Shown here: positions 18,092-26,955 of the stretch, one piece after another
How the letters are laid out: every line of letters starts with the position of its first letter
Numbering within the stretch: position 1 is the stretch's first letter
DNA from: Eubacteriales bacterium
GTDB taxonomy: Bacteria; Bacillota; Clostridia; Oscillospirales; CAG-272
Assembly: GCA_045595265.1 (NCBI GenBank)
Contig: JAZOAA010000176.1
Coordinates: 1 to 34,311, forward strand
DNA length: 34,311 nucleotides
Reading direction: 5' to 3'
Program-made: the position numbers and the translations under genes
Notes under the pieces: generated by a model
What the model was told of the DNA's origin: nothing
Seen by the model: only the letters and a program-made list of their open reading frames with translations
Database searches by the model: none

Positions 18092-18205
18092 TAAATGACG
18101 TAATTTTTTTGTAAAAATATTGGTCGCGTAAAGAAATGCCGGCATATAATGATACGGGGATAAAGTCCCGTCGATTAAAACAAAAGACGAAAAACGGAGA
18201 AAATA

Positions 18206-19054
18206 ATGGCAACATTTTTTAATCAAGCATCAATAAATCTTGGCGGATCTGTCACAAACTCGAACATTACAGTAGGTGAGATAACCTCCGGACTGACTTT
18301 AACCAAAACAGCCGCAACGAGTGAATACGGAGCAGGTGAGGGCATAACCTATGTTGTTTCGATAGTAAATTCGGGCCTAACAGATACAAGCGGTGTAACC
18401 TTGACCGATAATCTTGGCAGATTTACAGTAGGAACTCAGGAAATAACTCCCTTAACTTATGTAGATGGGTCGGTTCTGTTCTACCTTAACGGTGTACTTC
18501 AAGAGGCGCCAACGGTTACGGTCAGTGAGGCGCTTGAAATCGGTACGTTTGATATTCCGCGAGGCTCAAATGCAACGCTTATCTACGAAGCTCGCGCAAA
18601 TCAGACTGCGCCTCTTGGAGCGGGTGCAAGCATCACCAATACAGTAACATTAGGCGGCGGAAGCTGCGAGCTTACCGACAGCGCAACAGTTCCCACAAGA
18701 GATGAGCCGAAGCTTACCATTGCAAAGTCAGTTTGTCCCGCTACGGTGACGTGTGCAGGCGAGATAACTTATACCATAGTTATACAGAATCTCGGTAACA
18801 CTCCGGTTGTAGCAACTGATAATCTTATTGTAAACGATATCTTTAATCCTATTCTTAATAATATAACCGTAACTCTCGACGGTGCGACACTTGCCGAAGG
18901 CACAGGGTACACTTACGACGCACAAACAGGTGAGTTTACAACTCTTCCCGGTGCTGTACCTGTTCCTGCTGCAACATTTACCCGAGACCCTGAAACAGGC
19001 ATTATAACTACAACTCCCGGCGTTGCTGTAATTACCATAAGCGGCAATTTGTAA
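18206..19054 (+). CDS. Two-repeat DUF11-like (Ig-like) Thr-rich protein with no signal peptide; possibly spore-surface
   Basis: Two repeats: LTLTKTA...GEGITYVVSIVNSG...VTLTD and LTIAKSV...GEITYTIVIQNLGN...LIVND. Upstream CATATAAT (18143-18150) resembles a sigE/sigK -10. Confidence 0.75.
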   Translation: MATFFNQASINLGGSVTNSNITVGEITSGLTLTKTAATSEYGAGEGITYVVSIVNSGLTDTSGVTLTDNLGRFTVGTQEITPLTYVDGSVLFYLNGVLQEAPTVTVSEALEIGTFDIPRGSNATLIYEARANQTAPLGAGASITNTVTLGGGSCELTDSATVPTRDEPKLTIAKSVCPATVTCAGEITYTIVIQNLGNTPVVATDNLIVNDIFNPILNNITVTLDGATLAEGTGYTYDAQTGEFTTLPGAVPVPAATFTRDPETGIITTTPGVAVITISGNL

Positions 19055-19075
19055 ACTGAAATTATTCAAGAGGTA

Positions 19076-19109
19076 AAAAGCGGCGAGTATTCAACCCGCC
19101 GCTTTTCTT
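19076..19109 (+). terminator. Intrinsic terminator
   Basis: AAAAGCGGCG...CGCCGCTTTTCTT. Confidence 0.8.
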
Positions 19110-19118
19110 AAAAACATC

Positions 19119-19147
19119 TTGACGAGTTAATATATTTGTGATAAAAT
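19119..19147 (+). promoter_or_regulatory. sigA-type promoter
   Basis: TTGACG-17-TAAAAT with extended TG. Confidence 0.7.
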
Positions 19148-19173
19148 AAAGAAAAAACTTATAAAGGTGAAAA

Positions 19174-19965
19174 ATGAAATTCGGAATGCCGACTCTGGTT
19201 GAGTGCTGTGATATTTTTGAATGCTGCGACGTAGCAAAAAAGAACGGGCTTGACTTTATCGAAATAAATATGAGCTTTCCCCAGTATCTGCCGAGTGCGC
19301 TTGATGCTGAAAAGCTTCTCGAAATAACGAAAAAAGAGGGAATAAGCTATACTATTCACGCTGACGAAATGCTGAATCCCTTTGACTTTAACGACTCTGT
19401 TTCACGCTGCTATTTTGATGTTATGCGTGACACCATCCGTTTTGCTAAAAAGGTAAATGTGTCTGTCATTAATATGCATCTCTTAAAGGGCGTTTACGTA
19501 ACTTTGCCCGGAAAGGTAATTCTATTGAGTGATGTATATTTTGATAATTACGTGGAAAAAGTACGGCAGTTTGTCGATATGTGTGAAGGAGAGATAGGCG
19601 ATGCCCCTCTTAAGATCGCTATTGAAAACGTGGATTCAAACCCGTTTACCGAAAGTCAACTGAAAGCTTTACCTATATTTATGGCGAGTGATAAGTTTGC
19701 GCTGACTCTTGATACCGGTCACGAGTATTGTCTTGGTTTCGTTGATAGTCACGTTTTTGATGATTATCCCGAAAAGCTTGTGCATATGCACCTGCACGAT
19801 GCCAAAGGCAAGAGCGCGCATCTTCCGTACGGTGACGGTGAGGTCGAAATCACAGAAAAGCTATCAATGCTAAAAAACGGCGACACCTGTCTGATTGAAG
19901 TAAAGACTATCGCAGGACTCGAGCAAAGTGTAAAATATCTGAAGGAGAAGGAAATAATAAAATGA
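19174..19965 (+). CDS. Xylose-isomerase-like/AP-endonuclease-2 TIM-barrel metalloenzyme
   Basis: Metal-ligand motifs IAIEN, LDTGH, HMHLHD, HLPYGDG, LIEV. Confidence 0.85.
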   Translation: MKFGMPTLVECCDIFECCDVAKKNGLDFIEINMSFPQYLPSALDAEKLLEITKKEGISYTIHADEMLNPFDFNDSVSRCYFDVMRDTIRFAKKVNVSVINMHLLKGVYVTLPGKVILLSDVYFDNYVEKVRQFVDMCEGEIGDAPLKIAIENVDSNPFTESQLKALPIFMASDKFALTLDTGHEYCLGFVDSHVFDDYPEKLVHMHLHDAKGKSAHLPYGDGEVEITEKLSMLKNGDTCLIEVKTIAGLEQSVKYLKEKEIIK

Positions 19966-20552
19966 CTTCAAAAGAAAAATTTATTGAGATTTATACCAAT
20001 AACATAAAGCGCGAGGGCGCTGATAAGCTTCTAGAATATCTTCTCTCAACCTCTTCTGACTTTTTTACAGCGCCCGCTTCTGCGAGATTTCATTCTTCCT
20101 ATGAGGGCGGTCTTGTAGACCATTCAATAAACGTGTATGAGTGTCTCTCTTCTTATTTGGAATCTTCAAGAGTACAGGACCTTTTCGGTTTTCAGTATTC
20201 TAAGGAAAATATCGCCATAGTCTCTCTTTTGCACGACTTATGTAAGATAAACGTTTACAAAAAGGGATTTAGGAATGTCAAGGATGAAAGAGGCGCATGG
20301 CAGAGGGTAGATACGTTTGAGTATGATGACAGAATGCCTTACGGACACGGAGAAAAAAGCGTTTACATAATTTCAGGTTACATGAAGCTCACGCGCGAGG
20401 AGGCTTTTGCCATTCGTTATCATATGGGATATTCGTCTACCGAGGATCCGAGAAATGTTTCTGCTGCATTTGAAATGTATCCTCTTGCATTTGCGCTCTC
20501 AACCGCGGATAGCGAGGCTACGTATTTTATCGAAAGCAACACTACGAAATAA
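19962..20552 (+). CDS. HD-domain phosphohydrolase
   Basis: DFFTAPAS..FH...GGLVDHSINVY, LLHDLCK, GHGEKSV, AIRYHMG; start overlaps the upstream stop (ATGA). Confidence 0.88.
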   Translation: MTSKEKFIEIYTNNIKREGADKLLEYLLSTSSDFFTAPASARFHSSYEGGLVDHSINVYECLSSYLESSRVQDLFGFQYSKENIAIVSLLHDLCKINVYKKGFRNVKDERGAWQRVDTFEYDDRMPYGHGEKSVYIISGYMKLTREEAFAIRYHMGYSSTEDPRNVSAAFEMYPLAFALSTADSEATYFIESNTTK

Positions 20553-20562
20553 TAAGAATATA

Positions 20563-20600
20563 AAAAACACCCGACGGCATTATAAACCGTTGGGTGTTTT
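20563..20600. terminator. Bidirectional terminator
   Basis: AAAACACCCGACGG...CCGTTGGGTGTTTT between convergent genes. Confidence 0.85.
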
Positions 20601-20617
20601 GCTATAAAAAATCAATA

Positions 20618-22522
20618 TTATTCTGCGACAAATACGTAAGGATATATTTCCTGACCGCCGTCTATGGTGTATATTTCAATTTCGGGGTAGGTAGCTCTTA
20701 CGTACTCTTCGAGCATTGCGCCTTCCTCGGCAGTAGCATCAGTGCCGACGAAAACTGTAAGCATAAATTTGTCACCGTCTTTCAGAAGATGGTCGATCAA
20801 AGCCGTGGATGCCGTCTTTTTATCGGGGGCGGAAACTACAATTTCTTTGTTTACAATTCCTATCGTGTCGCCCTCGTTTACGTGCACACCGTTTATATCC
20901 GCATCTCTGATAGCAGGGGAAACGTACGCGGATGTAACCCTTGAAATAGCTTCGTCCGCTTCTGCCATAAGCTCCTCGGGTGTTGAGGTATCGAAGTTCA
21001 TGGATGAGAGCGCGGCATATCCCGCTCCGATAGTCTTTGCGGGTATAACGTATACCTTTGCTCCCTCGTAAATTTCCGCAGCCTGTGATGCAGCCATAAC
21101 GATATTACCGTTGTTTGGGAAAACGAATATGTTTTCGGCATTGATTTTCTTAAAGGCATCAATAAAATCGCTGGTAGACGGATTGTTAGTCTGTCCGCCG
21201 TGTACTATCTCATTTGCTCCAAGCTCACGGAAGAGAGCTTCAATTCCGGGGCCATTGCTCACAGCTACGATGCCGTTTTTGATTGTTGGCATCTGCTCAT
21301 CCTGTGCGGCATCGTCATCATTTTTTAGCTCCGTGTGCTGGATAGACATGTTTTCGATTTTGACGGAAATAAATTCTCCGACCTTACGCATATATGCCAA
21401 AACTCTTTCGGGAGTCATCGTATGAACGTGAATTTTTACAATGCTATCAGTCTTAAATACAACGATAGAGTCACCTATCTTGGAGAGATATAGTTTAAGT
21501 GCGTCGATATTATATGCTTGGATATCAGTTTTCTTATTTAAGAGCTGGACAAGAAGCTCTGTGCAATATCCATACGTCATCTCGCTGTCAGGACCGAATG
21601 TATTTTCGACAGGAGCGCTTCTTGTGGGCATCGTTATCGGCTCAAAATCAGCGTCTATTTCTTCACCGTTCAAAACGCGGTTAAGGCCGTCTATGATATA
21701 AAGGAGTCCGGCTCCGCCGCTATCAACCACTCCTGCCTCACTGAGTGCGGGCAAAATGTCGGGGGTTCTCTCAAGAGATGCGTTCATCTCTTTAACCAAA
21801 TCTGCGAAAAGGGTTTGAACTGTACTTCTGGGTGTTATACGGCTGACAGCATATTCAACCGCCTCACGTGCTACCGTAAGTATAGTTCCTTCGGTGGGTG
21901 TCATTACAGAGCCGTAAGCCTGCTCAACACCAAGCTCAAGTGCGTGACCAAGCTCCTTGGAGTTTGCCGTCTCAACATTCTCGAGTCCCTTAGCCATTCC
22001 GGCAAAGAACTGTGAGAGTATAACTCCCGAGTTTCCTCTCGCACCGAGGAGCATACCTTTAGATGCAACCTTGAGAACTTCGGCAAGGTCATCGGTTTCA
22101 ATGTTGTTAAGAGAAGCAACACCGCTGTCGATGGTCATGCTCATATTGTCACCCGTGTCACCGTCGGGAACGGGGAAGACGTTAAGTCTGTTTACCTCTT
22201 CGGCATTTGCTCGAAGCTCGGATGCACCGCCTCGCATCATCTTCGCAAACAAGAGACCGCCAAGATTTTTTAGGCTTATCTTTTTATCTTTCTTTTGCTC
22301 GTTTGTTTTTTTAGCGGGAGTACTTTTCGATTTTTTTGTCGGTTGTTTTTTAGCTGCAACGGTCTTTGTCTCTTTGCTTTTTTGCGGTGCTGTCTGTTGC
22401 TTTGTTTTTTTAGCCTCTGAAGAGGCGCTTTTGTTTTTAGGCGATTTGTCCGCTTGAGCAGTTTTTTTGTTTTCTGCCGCGGATTTTTTTACGTTATCTG
22501 TATTATCGTCTGTCTTGAACAT
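20618..22522 (-). CDS. fakA: DAK2-domain fatty acid kinase catalytic subunit (FakA/YloV) with an ~80-aa Lys-rich N-terminal extension
   Basis: LNVFPVPDGDTGDNM, GARGNSGVILSQ, EGTILTV, GVVDSGG, YGYCTE, KIHVHT, GGQTNNPS, GGQ.IYPY; RBS AGGAG before ATG 22522. Confidence 0.93.
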   Translation of the reverse strand: MFKTDDNTDNVKKSAAENKKTAQADKSPKNKSASSEAKKTKQQTAPQKSKETKTVAAKKQPTKKSKSTPAKKTNEQKKDKKISLKNLGGLLFAKMMRGGASELRANAEEVNRLNVFPVPDGDTGDNMSMTIDSGVASLNNIETDDLAEVLKVASKGMLLGARGNSGVILSQFFAGMAKGLENVETANSKELGHALELGVEQAYGSVMTPTEGTILTVAREAVEYAVSRITPRSTVQTLFADLVKEMNASLERTPDILPALSEAGVVDSGGAGLLYIIDGLNRVLNGEEIDADFEPITMPTRSAPVENTFGPDSEMTYGYCTELLVQLLNKKTDIQAYNIDALKLYLSKIGDSIVVFKTDSIVKIHVHTMTPERVLAYMRKVGEFISVKIENMSIQHTELKNDDDAAQDEQMPTIKNGIVAVSNGPGIEALFRELGANEIVHGGQTNNPSTSDFIDAFKKINAENIFVFPNNGNIVMAASQAAEIYEGAKVYVIPAKTIGAGYAALSSMNFDTSTPEELMAEADEAISRVTSAYVSPAIRDADINGVHVNEGDTIGIVNKEIVVSAPDKKTASTALIDHLLKDGDKFMLTVFVGTDATAEEGAMLEEYVRATYPEIEIYTIDGGQEIYPYVFVAE

Positions 22523-22540
22523 AAAGTTTGCTCCTGTCTT

Positions 22541-23404
22541 TTATCGTTCTTTTCCTTCGAAGAAGAGTGCTAAAGTTCCGGGGCCGGAGTGCGCGCCGAT
22601 AACAGTACCTACGTCGGTAATTATTTCGGTTTCAGCGCCATATTTACTTTTTAATATAGATGCGAGAAGCTCGGCATCTTTTACGCAGTTTGCTTGAGAA
22701 ATATACGCTCTGGAGCCTTGTTCTTTCACAAGGTCGCCGTATTTATCCGCAAGAGCCTCAATAGAAGCTCTTCTTCCGCGAACCTTGGATACATTTATCA
22801 GATGTCCGTCATTATCAACGTGAAGTATGGGCTTGATGCCGAGCATGTTTCCGACCAGAGCGACGGTGGGACTGACTCGTCCTCCGCGCTTAAGATATAC
22901 AAGGTCATCAACGGTGAACCAGTGGCATATTGAAAGCTTTTTCTCTTCTGCAAGATCTCTCGCTTCTTCGATAGTTGCACCGTTTTCCTTTGCATCAAGG
23001 ACCATTCTTATGAGAAGAGCTATTCCGGCTGACGCACAAAGCGTATCAACGGTATAAATTTTTCTTTCGGGATATTTTTGTGATAACTCTTCCTTTGCCA
23101 GTCTTGCTGAATTAAACGTAGTGCTTAATCCCGAGGAAAAGCCGAGGTAGAGAATATCTTCGTCCTGTTTTAAGTGGTCTTCAAAGCTTTCGAGGAAAGT
23201 TTCCTTATTTACCGCAGCTGTTTTTGCCACTAAACCGGATTTCATTTTTGAATAAAATTCGTTGATTTCCATTTCTTCGTTTTTATATTCCTTGTTGGAA
23301 TCATTGAAACGGAATGTTAAGGACAGGCTTTCAACCTTCCATTTTTTTAATATATCCGCGGATAGATCAGAAGATGAATCCGTAAATATTACGTAATTGT
23401 TCAT
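22541..23404 (-). CDS. degV: DegV-family fatty-acid-binding protein (FakB)
   Basis: IFTDSSSDL, KTAA, FSSGLSTT, VDTLCASAG, LKRGGRVS, IKPIL, KVRG, IGAHSGPG. Confidence 0.93.
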   Translation of the reverse strand: MNNYVIFTDSSSDLSADILKKWKVESLSLTFRFNDSNKEYKNEEMEINEFYSKMKSGLVAKTAAVNKETFLESFEDHLKQDEDILYLGFSSGLSTTFNSARLAKEELSQKYPERKIYTVDTLCASAGIALLIRMVLDAKENGATIEEARDLAEEKKLSICHWFTVDDLVYLKRGGRVSPTVALVGNMLGIKPILHVDNDGHLINVSKVRGRRASIEALADKYGDLVKEQGSRAYISQANCVKDAELLASILKSKYGAETEIITDVGTVIGAHSGPGTLALFFEGKER

Positions 23405-23559
23405 TGTTTTCTCCTGAAAATTGCAAAAAAGTTTTTGTTAATTATTATCGTTTGTATGTAAATAAATCAAAAATTAATATTATAGGTTGTTTTTCCTCCT
23501 TTGTTCATTCGGTTGTTGTGACAATCAACCGATGTTTGTCAATTATCCCAACTCAAATT

Positions 23560-23588
23560 ATTATACACCAAAAAGTGCATTTTGTCAA
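23560..23588 (-). promoter_or_regulatory. Consensus sigA promoter upstream of degV-fakA
   Basis: Minus strand TTGACA-17-TATAAT, a perfect match. Confidence 0.8.
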
Positions 23589-23643
23589 TCTTTTATTTTT
23601 GCGAGAGGAGATATGAGAGTAGATAGAGAATAAGGGAGCGTAT

Positions 23644-23679
23644 AAAAAAACAAGCGGTGTGAAGAACAAACCGCTTGTT
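23644..23679 (-). terminator. Terminator immediately after tRNA-Leu
   Basis: Minus strand AACAAGCGGT...ACCGCTTGTTTTTTT. Confidence 0.85.
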
Positions 23680-23766
23680 TGGTGCCGGTAGTCGGGGTCG
23701 AACCGACACGGTATTGCTACCTTCGGATTTTGAGTCCGACGCGTCTGCCAATTCCACCATACCGGC
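23680..23766 (-). tRNA. tRNA-Leu(CAA), 87 nt, CCA encoded
   Basis: GCCGGTA acceptor stem, D-loop GGAATTGGCAGAC, anticodon arm TCGGA-CTCAAAA-TCCGA, long variable arm GGTAGCAATACC, T-loop GGTTCGACCCC, 3' ACCA. Confidence 0.97.
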
Positions 23767-23801
23767 ATAAATTTGCACATATTAATGCAATCACGCTGTT
23801 A

Positions 23802-23830
23802 ATTATATCATAAAGAATATGAAAAATCAA
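23802..23830 (-). promoter_or_regulatory. sigA-type promoter of tRNA-Leu
   Basis: Minus strand TTGATT-17-TATAAT with extended TG. Confidence 0.7.
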
Positions 23831-23868
23831 GTCTTTATGCAAAAAAAATAATATCGACAAAAATCCTA

Positions 23869-23897
23869 TTGTAATTTTACAAATAATATAGTATAAT
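23869..23897 (+). promoter_or_regulatory. sigA-type promoter of the 23946 gene
   Basis: TTGTAA-17-TATAAT. Confidence 0.6.
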
Positions 23898-23945
23898 ATT
23901 GTCATAAATGTTTTGAAACAATAGGTATATTAAGGAGGGTGTTGC

Positions 23946-24887
23946 TTGGAATACGGCTTCATTCCGAATTCTGCCACAGTATCAAATTTGAGCGCATTGT
24001 CGGATAAGAATTTTACCAATTATCGGCGACGGGTGTGTGAGCTGTATGAGCTTGCGGAGGATGCGGCAGATTTTACGTTATCTCTTATAAAAGAAGATTT
24101 TGGTATATACGAGGCGCTTTCTCTTATTGCGGATGCTTGCTTTACACTTGATGCAAAACCCGATGCCACAGATCCGATTTTTTCATCTCTTTGCTTATTT
24201 TCTTTTTCATGTCTTGATAAAGCCGAATTTTCATTACTTTATACCGAGGCTTTAAGAAAGCGAGGTGTATCCTTGTCGGAGAGTCAGCTTCTTGATTGCC
24301 AAAATGAAAATGATGAGACCTTTGTTTATGTTAAAAATGCTTTTGCTGACGAGGCTTACGATGTTTTTTCGCAGGAATTTACCGATCCGCGTGTTAGGTA
24401 CGCACCAAACTTTCGCGAGGCTTTAAGATTGGTTTCCTCCGGTGAAGTTACATATTGCCTTTTACCGTTTGAGGAGCAGGGCATGAGACTTGCTTCCGTA
24501 TCGGAATTTATGCTAGTAGGCGATTATAAGATAAGTGCTGTAACCCCGGTGTTCGGTGCTGACGGCGGCGCTGATATAAAATATGCCTTGGTTTCTAAAA
24601 AACTGCGCTCTCAGGAGCTTAGAAAAGATGACGACCGATATTTTGAAATAAGAATATCCGCAACAGGCGCATCTGCTCTGTCGGACATTTCCTCCGCAGC
24701 GACGGTATGTGGGGCAGAGGTGTATAAGGTTAATACTTTGACTCTTACAAACGACGGTGAAAAAAAGAAGTACTTCTCTATGGTATTTTCAGGTGAAGGA
24801 GTGGATTTCACCCCGTTGATTGTGTTTTTAACAATGTTCGTTCCCGATTATGTTGCGGTGGGAGCGTATAAAAATATTGAGAATTAA
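23946..24887 (+). CDS. Degenerate prephenate-dehydratase-like protein with an ACT-like C-terminus
   Basis: TTG start with RBS AAGGAGG. NFREALRLVSSGEVTYCLLPFEE resembles the PheA F..v...V..G..dygvlPiEN segment; the TRF motif is absent. Confidence 0.6.
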   Translation: MEYGFIPNSATVSNLSALSDKNFTNYRRRVCELYELAEDAADFTLSLIKEDFGIYEALSLIADACFTLDAKPDATDPIFSSLCLFSFSCLDKAEFSLLYTEALRKRGVSLSESQLLDCQNENDETFVYVKNAFADEAYDVFSQEFTDPRVRYAPNFREALRLVSSGEVTYCLLPFEEQGMRLASVSEFMLVGDYKISAVTPVFGADGGADIKYALVSKKLRSQELRKDDDRYFEIRISATGASALSDISSAATVCGAEVYKVNTLTLTNDGEKKKYFSMVFSGEGVDFTPLIVFLTMFVPDYVAVGAYKNIEN

Positions 24888-24935
24888 TCATTTTTATAAT
24901 TTTGCGGTTGTTTTATAATGAAAGGACAATTAGTT

Positions 24936-25190
24936 ATGAAAAAAACAATTGAATACAAAACTCGCGGAACGTGCTCAAGGCAGGTTTCCGTTACGGTTGA
25001 AGACGGGATCATAACGTCATGTAATTTTCTCGGCGGATGCTCCGGAAACACCCAAGGAGTGGCTTCTCTCGTGGTTGGAATGACTGCGGATGATGCTATT
25101 AAAAGACTCAAGGGTATAAAGTGCGGATTTAAGGATACGTCATGTCCTGATCAGCTTGCTCTTGCGCTTGAAAAAATGAACGATAATTAA
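24936..25190 (+). CDS. TIGR03905-family TSCPD-domain protein
   Basis: YKTRGTCSRQ, FLGGCSGNTQG, GIKCGFKDTSCPDQLA. Start reassigned to ATG 24936 (RBS GAAAGGA). Confidence 0.9.
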   Translation: MKKTIEYKTRGTCSRQVSVTVEDGIITSCNFLGGCSGNTQGVASLVVGMTADDAIKRLKGIKCGFKDTSCPDQLALALEKMNDN

Positions 25191-25204
25191 AGGAGAATAA
25201 AACT

Positions 25205-26935
25205 ATGAAGAATTATGAAGCGGAATATTTAAGATGGCTTGCTTCCGATGCGCTTAATGAATGTGAGCGTGCAGAGCTTGAGTCTATACGCGAGAATGAA
25301 GAAACGAAGGCGCTTAGGTTCTCTTCTCCGATGGATTTCGGTACTGCCGGACTTCGCTCCACTATGTATATGGGTATCGGTTGTATGAATCGTTTTACTG
25401 TTGCTCAGACCACGAGAGGAATTGCTGCTCTTGTTAAGGCGGCAGGCGGTGAAGAGCGCGGTGTAGCTATTGCGTATGATTCAAGAAACAATTCTCGTGA
25501 ATTTGCCCGTGTCAGCGCGTGCGTGCTGGCAGGTGCAGGTATAAAATCATATATTTTTGATGATATTCGTCCAACGCCCGAGCTGTCATTTGCCGTTAGA
25601 GAAACCGGTGCGCTCGCGGGTATAAACATTACCGCATCTCACAACCCCAAGGAATATAACGGATATAAAGCTTATTGGGAGGACGGTGCTCAGATCGGTC
25701 CCGAGCAGGCGAAAATAGTTTCATCCGAGCGTGCGAAGTTTGATGCGCTTGACACCTCCGGAATTATGGATTATGATAAAGCCGTTGGCGAGGGCCTTAT
25801 TATTGAGCTCCACGAGGACTTTGATGAAAAGTATATTGCCGCAGTTCTTAACACCGCGGTAAATCCCGATGCGGTAAAGGCTGTTTCGGATGAATTAAAG
25901 GTTGTTTATACGCCGCTTCACGGTGCGGGATATAAGCTTGTTCCCGAGGTGTTCTCGCGCATGGGACTGAAGTATCTTTATACGGTGCCCGAGCAGATGG
26001 TGCCTGATGGCAATTTCCCCACTGTCGCAAAGCCGAATCCCGAGTATTCGGCAGTATTCGAGCTCGGAATTGCTATCGCAAATAAGCAAGGCTCGGATCT
26101 TGTTATAGCAACAGACCCCGATTCTGACAGAGTGGGTGTTATGACCAGAACCCAAGACGGTAACTTCGTTACCGTTTCGGGAAACCAAATGGGTGCGCTT
26201 CTTCTTGACTATGCTATAAAAGAGCGCAAAACAAGAGGCACACTTCCCGAATACGCCTTTTGCGTTAAGAGTATTGTTTCAACCGATATGGCATATAAGA
26301 TTGCGAAGGATAACGGAGTAAAGCTCCATGACGTCCTTACAGGCTTTAAGTTTATCGGTGAGGTAATAAAGAATTATGAGGCGGACGGCAAGGCTGACGG
26401 CTTCGTTCTCGGATTTGAAGAGAGCTACGGTTATCTTCTAGGCTCATATGCAAGAGACAAGGACGCAGTAGAAGCTTCGATGATGATTCTCGAAATGACG
26501 GCTTATTATAAGAAGCGTGGTATGACGCTTTCGGATGCACTGCGTGAGCTTTATGCAAAATACGGATATTACGCAGAGCGTATGATAGACATCTATATGG
26601 AAGGTCTTGACGGTATAGAGAGGAGAAAGCGCGTTATGAGCACTCTCCGAAACAATCCTCCCAAGTCCATCGGAGGTGTAAGAGTTATGCTTGTCGGCGA
26701 TTACCAGGCGTCAACCGTTACAAATATGTTTGATATGTCGGTTTCTTCGACCGGCCAGCCTGCATCTGATGTTCTGTATTATACTCTTGAAAATGAAGAT
26801 AAAATAATCGTACGTCCTTCCGGAACAGAGCCAAAGATCAAGATCTACGTGCTTGCACACGGTGAAAGCATGGAGGATATCAACGTTAAGGCGGAGTCGT
26901 ACGAAAAAGATTCCAGAAAGATGACAGAGGTATAA
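25205..26935 (+). CDS. pgm: Phosphoglucomutase/phosphomannomutase
   Basis: FGTAGLR, phosphoserine loop TASHNP, metal loop [23 protein letters not shown]. Confidence 0.93.
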   Translation: MKNYEAEYLRWLASDALNECERAELESIRENEETKALRFSSPMDFGTAGLRSTMYMGIGCMNRFTVAQTTRGIAALVKAAGGEERGVAIAYDSRNNSREFARVSACVLAGAGIKSYIFDDIRPTPELSFAVRETGALAGINITASHNPKEYNGYKAYWEDGAQIGPEQAKIVSSERAKFDALDTSGIMDYDKAVGEGLIIELHEDFDEKYIAAVLNTAVNPDAVKAVSDELKVVYTPLHGAGYKLVPEVFSRMGLKYLYTVPEQMVPDGNFPTVAKPNPEYSAVFELGIAIANKQGSDLVIATDPDSDRVGVMTRTQDGNFVTVSGNQMGALLLDYAIKERKTRGTLPEYAFCVKSIVSTDMAYKIAKDNGVKLHDVLTGFKFIGEVIKNYEADGKADGFVLGFEESYGYLLGSYARDKDAVEASMMILEMTAYYKKRGMTLSDALRELYAKYGYYAERMIDIYMEGLDGIERRKRVMSTLRNNPPKSIGGVRVMLVGDYQASTVTNMFDMSVSSTGQPASDVLYYTLENEDKIIVRPSGTEPKIKIYVLAHGESMEDINVKAESYEKDSRKMTEV

Positions 26936-26955
26936 ATCCTCTCAGGACGAAAAAA

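Noticed and set aside
23680-23700. tRNA-Leu as an integration site
   Set aside because: No duplicate of the tRNA 3' end was seen, there is no integrase, and the terminator follows immediately.
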